From assembly GCF_036321535.1 (NCBI RefSeq), contig NC_087438.1, positions 12,774,001 through 12,838,000 on the forward strand: DNA of 64,000 bases, given 5' to 3'. Under the pieces are notes generated by a model. It saw nothing but the letters and a program-made list of their open reading frames with translations, ran no database searches and was not told the DNA's origin. Source of the DNA: Camelus dromedarius (Eukaryota). The translations under genes were made by a program, and so were the position numbers. Shown here piece after piece: positions 25,779 through 38,565 of this stretch (position 1 is the stretch's first letter; each line of letters opens with the position of its first letter).

Positions 25779-26529
25779 CATTTTTCTCTCTGCTGTATGA
25801 CTCTGAAAGGGTTCATAAACCATTAGTGCTCCTCTGGGCAGGAACATGAGAAATTTTCTTCTTTTCTTTCCTTTTTTAAAAAAACTCCTTGTCAAGATGA
25901 CAGGATTAGTGGAATTCAACAGATACTTTTACCAGATTGTTTATTCAGACAGTACATTTTCCAAATGTGTGAAAAGCTGAAGTCCAAACCTTAAAGGCAT
26001 GTAAGTAACAGCTAAATGGAGGGAATGCTAATGATAACAAATTAAAAAATTGAAAATATTTTTCCATCTCAGGTGGAGTTTGTCTAAGGCAATATATGTA
26101 AAAACACAGATTCTCTGAATTCAATTTGAAGGGCAGTGAACGGAAGGCTATTTTCCCAAATTATCCCAGCGATTATTCCTATCAGGGTTTTCTCACTCTG
26201 CAGAGACAACGGAACATGAAAGGCCATCAGTTTAGTAAAGGCTTTATCCGATCCATCAAAGCACAAATTCAGGAGCTAAGTGATCATTTTCTGAATGCCA
26301 GAGGGCTGAGGGGGCTGTGGGCTGATGGCTGACTGCACACGATGGTAACGCCATCGGAAACCAGCACAGATTTTCACCCACAAGTAATATTTAGACCTCA
26401 GCACGTTAGTTTTCTTCCGTTTTGCAATCCATATTTGTCTTTCCTCTCCTGCTTTGTGTGCTGTCCATTTGTATTCCAAATCTTCGTACATAAAAAAAAA
26501 AAAAAAATCAGTAGACCTCCCAAAGAGAT

Positions 26530-26745
26530 ACATTTATTTCTCCAGCATCTACCTTGTACCAGGAATTTTGTGTTTTCCCATTTGCTTCACTCCTCATGTC
26601 AACTCATTCATCATGTCTTCCAGAGACTTGCGTGGACAGAGACTCAAGTGGATTATATAATTAGCTAAAAATAGTGAGGTTGATATTCATAGTGAGTTCT
26701 AGCTCATTCTAAACCCCTGCTTTTCCAGTGTGCTGTTGTGTCTCT
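26530..26745 (-). mobile_element. MIR fragment
   Basis: atttatt...agcatctaccttgtaccagg...acagagactca...tctaaacccctgcttttcca. Confidence 0.5.
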
Positions 26746-27757
26746 ACAGTTCTGCAATAATGCTAACAATGTCCTTTCTGAACACTGAAATATTGCAGAG
26801 GGTAAAAAAGACATAGAATGTTAAAACATTCAAATTAAAATTCTTGGAGAGCTTCTTGTCCTATTACTTTGAGTTTATTCAAAGTAGACTGCAATTCCAG
26901 GTTTTGTCTAACACGCTGTAATGCTGAAGCTTTTGTACATATTTATTAAGAAGAATGACTTCATCATATATGGCAATTCCTTTGACACCTTTTATTGTCT
27001 TTCTACAAATACTAGAGAAACTGATTAAAATTGAACTATAAATGCCTATCTTGTAACAATCTTATTTGTTGTTCTTTTCAACTGAGAACCACTGGGATCT
27101 CTGAGAGTTTAGGTTTATGTTTTGATTATGGATAAACCTTAATGCAATTAGATTTACTCTAATTTCTGATTGTCTACAGTTTTAATTCTCTCTTCTGGGA
27201 TTTCAAAGCTGAAGTTGATATTTTAAAATAAATAGTTCTTTGCTATGTACTACATCATTTTAAGGTATGACCATACCATAAATAGACAATTTTTAAAAGA
27301 TACAGTTCTTAGTGTCCAATGAAGCAGTCCAAATATTTTACTTGGTGTGAAAGCAGAGATCCTTCTTCATTAAGCATATTGTGATTGACCCCCGCTATGG
27401 TCAAAGATTAACAAACACTACAGGATAATAATATATTAGTGGGAAAAGCTCAAAGATAACACCATCCTACAATATGAGGATTTGGCAAAATAAGAAGATG
27501 CATACTTCGATTTGTTGCAAACAAGATGGGTTTGCTTTTTTCCCCCTCCTATTTCCAGTATCAGTTTAATGTTTGTAAGTTTCTCCAAAGAATAAGGCAA
27601 TTACTTACAATCTGAAAAAGAATGCTATACAAAGATACTCAATTTGCATTTTTAGGAATAACTTTATTGAGATGTATTTGCTTCTACCATTTTCTTCCAG
27701 TTGTCTAGATTGGATTAAAATACTACTTTTGTGCTCCAAATAGTGGACTAATGCCCT

Positions 27758-27950
27758 AGTTCATTCAACATGCTCTCAGCAACCATTTACGGCCTTCCTT
27801 GTGGCAGGTACTCTGTTAAGGGCTGGGTATCCAGAGGTGAACCCACAGTTCCTCTTCTTCTTGAGCTAAACTTTGTGGGGGACCATCTACAAGACAGTCA
27901 TTGATCTCAGTAGGGTAAATGCTGTCATGGAATAATGAACTTGTGGATTG
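27758..27950 (-). mobile_element. L2 3' fragment
   Basis: ttcattcaaca...tgtggcaggtactctgttaagggctgggtatccagaggtgaa. Confidence 0.6.
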
Positions 27951-29459
27951 AAGGATATACTAACAAGTGTTTCCAGACAGATTCTTTCAGCACCCACTCC
28001 CTCATCCTGAATCATCCTTAGTATCTTGTACTGCTGACCACTGTACCCACGACTTGCTCTGTTGCTTTAACCCCAATCTTCAGATGCATCACAAAGTGGA
28101 TATTTGCACTTATAGTTTTGATTTATCTCAATTGTAGTTTTCCCCTCTGCCTGTGCTACTTAATTTAAACAATGAATTTTTTGGAATGATTTACTTTGTT
28201 ATGATTGTATGGCTATTTCTCTCACTGGGATAATCCTGCCTTAAATCTTCCAACATTACATTTTAATTACTTACCTGCTGGAAAGCAAAGTTTTAAACTG
28301 TTGACCTATCCATTGACTCCAATGGTGAGATGTGTTGGAAACATTTCTTCCTGAAGGATCCTCTTGAAGGGAGTGCTTGCACCCCAGATTCACCTAAGAC
28401 ACATCCTGCTCTTAATCCAATGCCACTCCTCACTGATGCCTGCTTATCTCTGTCAAGCTTTTTTTTTTCTCCCAAGATGTGCAATCAAGTTGCATGATGC
28501 CTACTAGACGCCACACCACCAACCAGGAGAGCAGCTAGTTTACATACATGAATGTCAGTGAGCACCTTCCACCCACACTGGAAATCAACACATTCCTGGG
28601 GTCCAGATTTATTTTAATGTTGTTTTAAATCTAAATTTTAAGCACCCTAATTTGCACAAAAAAGAATCATATTGAACATCTTGTTCTCCAACTTGCTCTC
28701 TTCCCAAATAATTTGGAAAACTTTTGGTGTACTCAAGTCAAAAAGGAAATTTAGTGACAGATTCTGGGCAGTTTAAACTGAATCTCAAGAAGGAAGGAAC
28801 CCATGGCTGTTCTGGGGAGGTCAGAAGCAGCAACTCAACAGGCCATTGTTATGATGTAACTCAACTCACACTGCCCTTTGTCTCTGCTGGTCCCTGTTCT
28901 AGTTCATAAACTCCTAAGAGAAAGAATTTGGGTTTAGCTTAGGTCCAAGTATATATATTGGACTAAATCAACCCTGGCCAAAGAGACTGGTGGAATTGAA
29001 TATTAGGGGAATGATTACAAGTGTTCTACAATTGAACTTGTCTTTTTCTCATTTGCTTGAAAGGATCCAGTTTCCAAATAAAAGTGCCTTACCAGCACCG
29101 ACTGTCAATTTATTTTCTCAAGGCTGAACTACTTGCTAAGATCTCTTTTCTTAACTTTACTTCTCTTTTTTAAGCTATCCAGGTCATAATTTAACCTCTA
29201 TTATTTGTGCCTGTCTTTTTCTTTATAGGCAATAATTTTGCTAGGAACTTTCTTAACTTCCCTGTTTTTGATTTTTCTTGAAATTGATTTTGGTTCTCTA
29301 CCCAATTATGTCATCTCAGGCTTCCAGAATAATAACTCTCTTGATACAAAATTGTCTCTTCTGTTGGGCATTCCTAGGTAATTTTTCAATGACTCTGGAA
29401 TGGGTCCTTGACAACTTGACTCTTGAAAGTAAGGAGCATGAAAAAAAATTATGGAGGCA

Positions 29460-29705
29460 TGAATGAAATTTTGCCATTTGCAACCACATGGATGGACATG
29501 GAGGGCATTATGCTAAGTGAAATAAGTCAGACAGATAAAGACAAGATACTGTATGATATCACTTACATGTGGCATTTAAAAAATACAACAAACTAGTGAA
29601 TATAACAAAAAGAAGCAAACTCACAGACACAGAGAAGAAATTCATGGTTACCAGTGGATGCATTGTACAACATGGGGAATATAGCTAATATTTTATTTTA
29701 AAAAT
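29460..29705 (+). mobile_element. L1 ORF2 end/3'UTR fragment
   Basis: gaatgaaattttgccatttgcaaccacatggatggac...ctaagtgaaataagtcagacaga...tggttaccagtgg. Confidence 0.88.
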
Positions 29706-30299
29706 TGGTGCACAAAGCTAATGAGGAGTAGATGAGACTGAATGTGAAGTAGATTATTCAGGAGGAGTGAAAAAAATTTAAAGAAGGTTAAAGGAGAGAG
29801 CTCTAAAGAATAATTATTTTCACAAGATGAGAATAAAAGAGAAACCAGTAGAATTTTAAAAGAAATGAAAAGAGACTGGAGTTTACTTTTAACCATGCAG
29901 GAGAGAGTGATGAAAGTTAAGGAAGAAAATAATTCTAGAATTGAGTGTATGTTTAAGAGTATTGAAAATTACAGAAAGACCAAGTAGAATAAGACATAAT
30001 TCTTATAGACCCAGGTGATGACTAAATGATGCTTCTGAATACCTCACTCTTGGAAAATACTTAAATATTTAGCTTATCACCCAGAATGTACCCAGAATGT
30101 ATGTGACCCCCTGGTCAAGGCTGGCAGCCTTTGCTTTCCTATGAAATTTATGACCCTACAATCAGAGAGCTGGTTCCTAACCGATGTGGTACTTGGGGTT
30201 CCTAACCTCTTTCCTGTTCCTGATCTCTGAAAACCACAAATCTCTAAAGGTTGTTAACTGGAGTATAAAAAAAAACAACAGGAATCGAGTCATTGTTTT

Positions 30300-30950
30300 A
30301 TTTTTAATGATAAATCTATATCATTAATGCAAAGTTTCAGAAAATAAAGGAATATGAAACAAAGGAAGAACATATAGAAATGTGTCTTGAAGGACATAAG
30401 GTGTGCCAAGATGAAATGCTCTGCCCAATGATAATTTTTGCTAATTATTTATTGTATATCCTTAAACATTTAATTTTACATTCTCTGGAGTTTTTTCTGT
30501 GTAAATACATTTTTAAAGCAAAAAATTACTATGCATACTATTTCTTATCAGTATTTTAACTAGTCTGTAAAAAAAGTTATTTACATCCTTCTATGCACGC
30601 AAGAGCTCAAGATTTCCATCATGCATTTTAATGGTCACCTGGGATTCTGTTAGCCCTCCCGTAATTTATAGAAATAATTTCCTCTTGATGGGCATTGAGG
30701 TATTTCCAATTTTAATATCATACATGTAACATCAGGATGGGTATATTTCTACATATATCGTTACACTTTGCTGACTACTTCCTTAAGATACAGTCTCAGA
30801 AATGGAATTTCTGTTCAAAAGTATAAATATTAACATTTTGATCGATGTTGCCAAACTCCTGTCGATAGCTTTGGAGGTTATTACTTTTTCTCCTGTGCTG
30901 TTGCCAACAGCAGATTTAATGCAATTTTTAAGAAGTGTTTGCTAGCTGGA
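30300..30950 (-). mobile_element. Old L1ME-type 3' region
   Basis: ttgatgggcattgaggtatttccaatttt...ccttaagata...agaaatggaattt...gttgccaaact. Confidence 0.6.
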
Positions 30951-31792
30951 TAAGCTATTGGAGCCTTAACCATTCACTGCCTGGCTCTCCAGGGCTTATC
31001 TGTATCTAGGGCTCTTGTGCAGCTTCTTCCCATGAATCTGTGTTACAGTAATGACAACTTCACAACTCCATCATCTCTCTACAGGGAATTTTCTTAGCAT
31101 TTTGAAAAAAAAAACCCAACATATTTGGCTCTTAGATTTTAATAGCAGTCACTCACTGAAAGCTGCTGGATGGACCTCCAGTTTTAAGTGGTACATCTAC
31201 TGCTGGAATGCTTTGCTAGCATCTCCTAGAGGATATGAAGCTTCCTAAAATTATATTTCCTCTTCCATCCTTGCCCTAAGTCTACTTCTCCAAAAATCTA
31301 CTCTTCTTCAAATATACCAACAGTGTTTACCTTTGTATTGGCTTTTTATCTGGGGCAGAAGACCCTTCCCAAATGATGGTGATAATCGTGCAAATCAATT
31401 CAAAGGCAGATATCTTGGACAAGGCCTGTGACAAGATTTTGTGGCTTAACTTCCAGTCTCCAGAGATTAACTTGCACATGGGACTTTATTCCTTTTTGAA
31501 TCACACTGAACAGCATTTCATTGAAAGAGTTCACAGAATCCAGGCAAGATTTCTAACCTATCTTTGGCATCTGGTATAAAGACTTCTCTGACATAAAATG
31601 GAACTTGTATAACATTGATTGGAATCACTTGGGAAAAATGACATCACAAGGAATGGGTGGAGAAATTCCAAGACTTTTGTTTCATGGTCCCTGCCTCCTC
31701 ATTCCACTGGGGTCTGACAACTCGAAACATCTATTCTTACTTCTATATACAAGATTTAATCATACAGACACCTTCATGACTATTACACGCTC

Positions 31793-32414
31793 CTTTCTTC
31801 ACTAGAGTGTGAGCTATTTAAGGTCACAAAATCTTTGTAAATGATCTTTATATTCCCATACTCCCAAATGACTTATTTAGGATTCAAGAGCGACTGAATG
31901 AATTAACTTTTAACTATGAGTCACGCTTTCAAGGGAGGAGTGCAGATATATCAAAGGTATAAAAAATTCCTAAGCTTTTTTCTCATTTTGTTGCCACCTT
32001 CATTCTCTCATAACTCAAAGCCTTCCCAGACATCAGAGGAGGAGTAAATGTCTAACCCTGGCAGTGATTCCTCAGGCATAAGTCCATTTCACATTGCAGG
32101 TATTTGGTGCTACTCAGAATGCGTCTGGTATCTAGTGATTCAAAGGTGTCATTTTCCCTTTTCCCTTGGGAGGGTTCTGATTTTGGTCATGGCTTCACCA
32201 TGCCATGATGCTGATGTGTTCCTTTGTTCCAAAGTTTTGGTCTCTTTTCCCAATCGGAGACAACCGTATTCAAGGCACTATTTGATGGAGTGATTTTTGT
32301 AATATTGTCTGGGGGTGTCATGAGAAAGCACACCCAGCACCTTCTTTCTCCACCAGAGCATGAGCTAGTTAAGGTCCCAAAATCTTTGTAAATGATCTTT
32401 ATATTCCCCGTACT
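31793..32414. repeat. Dispersed ~70-bp direct repeat (31793-31862 and 32344-32414)
   Basis: 31-bp identical core caaaatctttgtaaatgatctttatattccc at 31827-31857 and 32378-32408; flanks similar. Confidence 0.9.
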
Positions 32415-32853
32415 GGCCCCATGAGTTTAGAACCATTTTCAAAAGAAAAGGATCAAGATGCAATGTCGCCTTATGACTATGTCCTCACCTTGGAATCAGG
32501 TCCATTTGAAGGGATTTACTCATATTGTTCACTTTGGGGTCTAGGACTGTGAGCAGAAAGAAAAGGGGCCAGTTTTCTTTCTCTTCGAGCATCTGATGCT
32601 ACAGCCTCAAGTGGAATATTTCTATTTGTAGTAATTTCTGTGTCTTGTGTCAATTAACAATTGTGGTTTGATATCTATTCTTCACCTTGAACTTCTTGAA
32701 TTCTGGGCAAGAACAGGAGATAAGTCATGAAATTTGATTTACAGGAAGCTTATTATTTAGTAAAGATGAGACAGAGTTAGATAAATGGAGGAAAATATTT
32801 ATTGGGACAGGATGCAGCATTTTTGAATGTGTAATTTTGCCTTTGGTTAATGT

Positions 32854-33063
32854 CAGTGGTTCCCAAGCTTGTTTGCATGTTAGAAACCCCCAAGGTGCTT
32901 TAATAATCACAATTACAACAACAACACTAACAATAAAGGATAAATAATCAAGGCCAAGGTCCTATACCAAACATTCTGATTCAGTCCTGGGGCTTTTATT
33001 TGTATGTTGATAGTTTTAAAACCTTTAAGTGATTCCAATATGCAGCCTGCTTGAAAACCACCG
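32854..33063. mobile_element. MER5A-like hAT-Charlie MITE
   Basis: TIR-like cagtggttcccaa ... ttgaaaaccaccg; internal ttctgattcagt and gtgattccaatatgcagcc. Confidence 0.8.
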
Positions 33064-34124
33064 GTCTGTGTAGCAATATCCCACTGTATTCTGAAATTGT
33101 CTCTTAATGTTTCCCTAATAATCTTGTCATGGTTTTCTTAGTTGCCCACAGCATTTGTAACATTGCAATTTTCAAACATCCTTCATGTTAAAATAAGAAA
33201 ATTGTGGTTTTTGTAAATAAGAAAATGTATTTTTATCTATTTTTCCTCAAAATGTGTTTTCATGTGGTAGAATGACAGTCCTCACATGTGTGGGGAATGC
33301 AATGATTTCCTTGGCTTCCCTGGTTTTATCAGGGCTTTGTCCAAAGGCCTTCAGACACTGTGGAGCCCATCACTGACCTGCTAATAAATACATATGGTTT
33401 TGTTCCACTATATGCCAACTAAGTGATCTGTTTTCAGTCAGTTAGAAACAACTTTAATCCCTAACTGAGGTGCACATCTCCTAACCCAATGCTCTTCAAA
33501 GTAACTTGACTCTTGTATTACCTGTGACTATCTGCTTCTTGGCCACCTTTGGCCCCTGAGTCTTTACGAAGGTCATGTGACATTTCTGCTCTCTAAAAAT
33601 GAGGGAGACAGATGACAGGGCTTCTATAAGACAACCTTTTACCTTTAAGTTTAATGAACTGTGTTCTAAATAAACAACAGTCCACTGAACACTACTCATA
33701 CCTAACATGTCTTCATGTCTTCATTTTGTTGTTGTTATTGTTGAGCTAATTAAAGCAACATCAAATTGTTAGGACAGGCTGTGAACTTCTAGCATGTGCA
33801 CATGCATCCAGTAATTCATTAAAAATGTAGGACTGAAATCTAATATCTCTTCTGGCTATCACAGGAGTTATACACTTTGATAAGACGCAATCCTTGGTCT
33901 TGATAAATTTACAAATTCTCATCAAGGAGTCAAGGAATGAGCATAGAAACAAAATACAAGGTCACACGTCTATGAGACTGGTATGCTTTAAATTATAGTA
34001 TTTGGAGGAAATCTTTTTCACCAGCATGAGATGTGGAGAATACTGAACAAATGAAGAAGCCCCTGCCCCTGCTTCTCTTAGCATCGTTTCTTGCCCACTG
34101 TAATCACTGTAAGCAGAGGATCTT

Positions 34125-34890
34125 TTCAAAAATTAATTTTTGAAGTAATTGTAGATTCACATGTGGTTGTAAAAAATAATGTGGCGCCATCCCATACATC
34201 CTTAACCTAATTTCTTACAACGGTAATTTGAAAAAGTTGCAAAACTATAGTACAATATCAGAACCAAGATACTGGCATTGGTACAACCCACCAGTTTATT
34301 CAGATTTTCCCAGTTTTACTTGTATTAGTAAATGTGTGTGTGCACACATGTGTATGTAGATCTATGTGATTTTATCATATTTGTAGGTTCCTGTGCCCAC
34401 CATGAGATTCAAGACACAGAACAGTTTCATCACGACAATGATCTCTCTCTTTGCCTTTTATGGCCACTCACCTCTTTCCCATTACCCACTCCTTCCTTAT
34501 CCCTAAATCCCAGCAAACACTAATCTGCTATTTCAATAAATTTGCCATTTCAAGATAGTTATATAAATTGGACCATACAATATTAACCTTTTGAGCCTTG
34601 GCTTTCCCACTTAACATAATTTCCTTGAGATTTATCCAAGTTATTACATGTACCAATAGACACCTCTTTTTATTGCTGAGCAGTATTTTATGATATCCCA
34701 TGGTGCTCCATGGTATTCTGTGGTATGGATGAATACAGTCTGCTTAATCGTGCCCTCACTGAGGGCTATATATTCTGTTTTCAGTTTTTGGCTATTACAA
34801 ATAAACCTGCTATGAATGTTCATGTCTGGGTTTTAATATCTCTAGGATTAAACGCCCAAGAGTGCAAGTGTTGAATAACATAGTAATGAC
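34125..34890 (-). mobile_element. L1MC1/2-type 3' end
   Basis: taattgtagattcacatg..gttgtaaaaaataat...aaactatagtacaatatca...tttttggctattacaaataaacctgctatgaa. Confidence 0.85.
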
Positions 34891-36796
34891 ATAGATGATC
34901 TCTTAGAAATGCAATCTGATTGAGTCACTTCCCTTTTTAAATCATTTCAATATTCTCCCACTACTCTTAGCAACAAAAGAGTAGACATCAGTCCTACAAA
35001 GCCCCGAAAAATCGGGAGTTTGCTGTACTTTCTCTTCTCATCCACTGCCTTTTCCTCCGTCTGCTTCTCCCCTCCAGACGCATGGGCCCTCTTTTAGCTT
35101 CTTAAATGTGTCATGTTTTTATCTGACCATAAATGTCCTATAACAGTAGCAGCAAAGCCCTTAATACCAGTAGAATGCCAATGGAATGGCTGGTCTGCCA
35201 CTAGATTGGACTTACATGAGTTCTTTTTCCTCATCATCCAGCTCACAATCCCCATGCTCTTCACATCAAACCCAGTTCTCTTAAAACCTATTTTTGCCTT
35301 AATAAAGCTCATACCACCCACGTTCACAAGTGTACATTCTTCTCTCACCTCCACCATTACACCATTTCATTAGATAATGTGTCCTAACAATTCAACTTAC
35401 TATCAAGTCAATATGTGCTGTTTGACTTAATCTGAGTTAATATCTATTTATTTTGATGTATCAATTCTTTTCCTTTGGTGGTAAAAGCCAGTTCTTACAC
35501 GATTTGAAATTTAGTCTTGACATGAGTTAATTTTTATTAATATGGGGATATCTGTCCAATGATGAAATGATGGATTTTTTTTAACAACAAAAATATGTGA
35601 CTCATCTGATGGTCTTTAAAATCAGGACAAGTAGAATAAAGTCTAAAATTATAAATGAAAATGATACTTATTTGCTTTCAGTTTGGTCCCTAAATGTGAT
35701 CTTATTTACACTAAACTAAGCCAATGCCAAATTTATTATATAAATAAGTAAGTAAATAACATGACTGTGTTCTCTGTTTCTCTGCATCATTTCTCATGCC
35801 TCATATTTTCTTCACACCCACTTGGACTATCTGCCCAAATAGTTTAGTATTGAATAGACTATAAACTAATTGTTTAAAAAATATATATTTACACGTTTTA
35901 TTTTTCTTCAAGCTTTATATCTTAAGTTTTTTGTTCTTCAACTTTCATAGTTTACCTCCTATTCTATCTGGTTTCTTCATTAAGAGACTAGCACCAGTAG
36001 TCTCTACTGTAGGAGAGAACAATTCTCTTCATTCCAAGAATTAGGTAAATGGCCTCAGAGTTATCTGTAAAATGGAAAAAGTTAAACAATGATATATTTG
36101 ACTTTCATTTAAGACCATCAAACTGATATATAATGGAAGATAAGTCACATTTAAGAATTTATAAAAGAACTTGTTAGAGTGAGATTTTTTTTGCCTTGTT
36201 AACTATAAATTTTGAAAGCTTCCATCATTCATGGGATTCAGATTTTCAATGGAAATAAAACATCCTATCACACTTAAATTATCTTAGGTAGGATATTCAA
36301 CTATTATTTCATGATGCTTAAGACCTTTAAAAAATAAACCTGATTAACTCTAACAATGGGCAGTGAGAAAAAGATAAATTTAATCTGTAGGTAATAGATA
36401 ACTTAATATGCTTTACACAATCTTATTTTCTGTACATTAACATAGAGAATCTTAACTTCATTTATGCAACTTGCTGAATTTCCGAAGTACTAACACTGGA
36501 TTGTCAAATGAGCAGGAATGTATATATCCATATAATTGATCTGAAGCTTTGTAGTCCAAATATACACATTGGAATAAAAGATTTCTTATAATCAACAGAG
36601 ATGATCAATTCTCAATATCTACTGCCTTTGAAATATTATTAAATTATTCTCATTTTCTGTTTATTTATTTATTAAATTATTAGTTAATTTGATAAATATT
36701 TAATATGTACCTACCAGGTACCTAACTCTATGCTAGGTACAAAGATGTATTAATGGGCATAAAACACATGGGGTTTCAGGCAAAGAGACTGGTAGT

Positions 36797-37396
36797 TTTG
36801 CACAGCAAAGGAAACAGTAAGCAAAACAAAAAGACAGCCTACAAAATGGGAGAGAATATTTGCAAACGGTGTGGCAGTCAAGGGCTTAATTTCCAGAACA
36901 TAGAAACAGCTCATACTACTCAGTAACAAAAAAATTAATGACCCAAGCAAAAAAATAGGCAGAGGATCTAAACAAACATTTCTCCAATGAAGACATACAA
37001 ATGACCAATAGACACATGGAAAAGTGCTCAGTATTAGAGAAATGCAAACCAAAACCACAATGAAGTATCACCTCACACAAGTCAGAATGGTCATCATTAA
37101 AAAGTCCACAAACAATCAGTGCTGGAAAGGGTGTGTAAAAACGGGAACCCTCCAACAATGTTGGTAAGAATGTAGTCTGGAGCAGCTATTAAGAAAAACA
37201 GTATACAGATTCCTCAAAAAACTAAAAAATAGACCTACCATACAATCCAGCAATCCCACTCCTGGACATATATCCGGAGTAAACTCTAATTCAAAAAATG
37301 CATGCACTCAATGTTCATAACAGCACTACTTAAAATAGCCAAGACATGAAAGCAACCTAAATGTTCATCAACAGAAGACTAGATAAAGAAGATGTG

Positions 37397-37461
<65 letters not shown>

Positions 37462-37665
37462 TGAATACTACTCAGCCATAAAAAAGACTAAAATAATGCC
37501 ATTTGCAGCAACATGAATGGACCTGGAGATGGTCATACTAAGTGAAGAAAGACAGAAAGAGAAAGAAAAATACCATATGATATCACTTATATGGAGAATC
37601 TAAAAATAAATGAGACAAGTGAACTTATTTACAAAACAGAAACAGACTCGCAGACATAGAAAGCC
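36797..37665 (+). mobile_element. L1 ORF2 C-terminal region, decayed and truncated at both ends
   Basis: tgcacagcaaaggaaac...aaaccacaatga...atgccatttgcagcaacatg...aaacagactcgcagacataga; homologous to the L1 at 62778-64000. Confidence 0.93.
37399..37458. repeat. (AC)30 microsatellite inside L1
   Basis: Read directly. Confidence 0.95.
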
Positions 37666-38334
37666 AAATGATGTTATGAAGCACTGTGCAGACAAAGGTT
37701 TCACATGAATTTGAGTAGAGAAATGGGTGGGTGAGTTGAGTTAGCAAGTGACACACAGTAGCATAGACATGCCGAATGCTTCTGAAACCATGATGTGACA
37801 TTCAGTACAATATTCAAATTTCAAACAGATTAAATTTCAAGATAATGTACCACCTTAAATTAATAACATTAATTTCAATTTTATTGGCTTTATAATTTGG
37901 TTCCTATTTAATTTGTTTCTGTGGCTAAGTCCTCTGAGCATAAGACCTAGATGTATATTTATAGACATTTATAAGCATAATCAAAGTAACATGAATCTAC
38001 AGTGGGCAGAAGGGTTCATATTTTTTTCCTTTAAAAGGTCTGGTTGGATTTTATAAACATTATTTTATAGAGTGAATCATGGATAACCCTGAAGTCATCC
38101 TAGCCTGCTCCTATGCCAAAGATAACTAGATATGTCTGTTTCTGCCCTAGCCTACCTTTGCTGTTCTACGTTGTTAAATAGCAATCAATACACTCTGTGT
38201 GTTTTTAGATTTGCCCCAGGGATTTCATACTCTAATCCAAGGAACAGATAATCAAAAGGCCTTAAAGTATGTCTGAGTAGTGTCTACTGGAGTCCTTCAT
38301 TCACTGTGCACAATGAATGTTTACATAGAATTTT

Positions 38335-38565
38335 TAAAAACATTTTTATTGAGTTATAGTCATTTTACAATGCTGTGTCAAATTCCAGTGTAGAGCACAA
38401 TTTTTCAGTTGTACATGAATATACGTATATTCATTGTCATATTCTTTTTCTCTGTGAGCTACCACAATATTGTATATATTTCCCTGTGCTATACAGTATA
38501 ATCTTGTTTATCTATTCTGCATATGCCTGTCAGTATCTACAAATTTTGAAATCCCAGTCTGTCCC
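38335..38565 (-). mobile_element. Short 5'-truncated camelid L1 3'UTR
   Basis: Close to 62778-62985; TSD ttacatagaatttt (38321-38334) / ttacataaaatttt (38566-38579) followed by AA, the L1 endonuclease TTTT/AA site. Confidence 0.92.

Noticed and set aside
31793..32414. CRISPR-like repeat-spacer or LTR pair
   Set aside because: Only two copies, 551 bp apart, in eukaryotic DNA; no cas genes and no LTR hallmarks
35210..35290. Minus-strand exon ending in CAT|GTAAGT
   Set aside because: The acceptor lacks a polypyrimidine tract, two frames have stops, and the open frame gives no recognisable peptide
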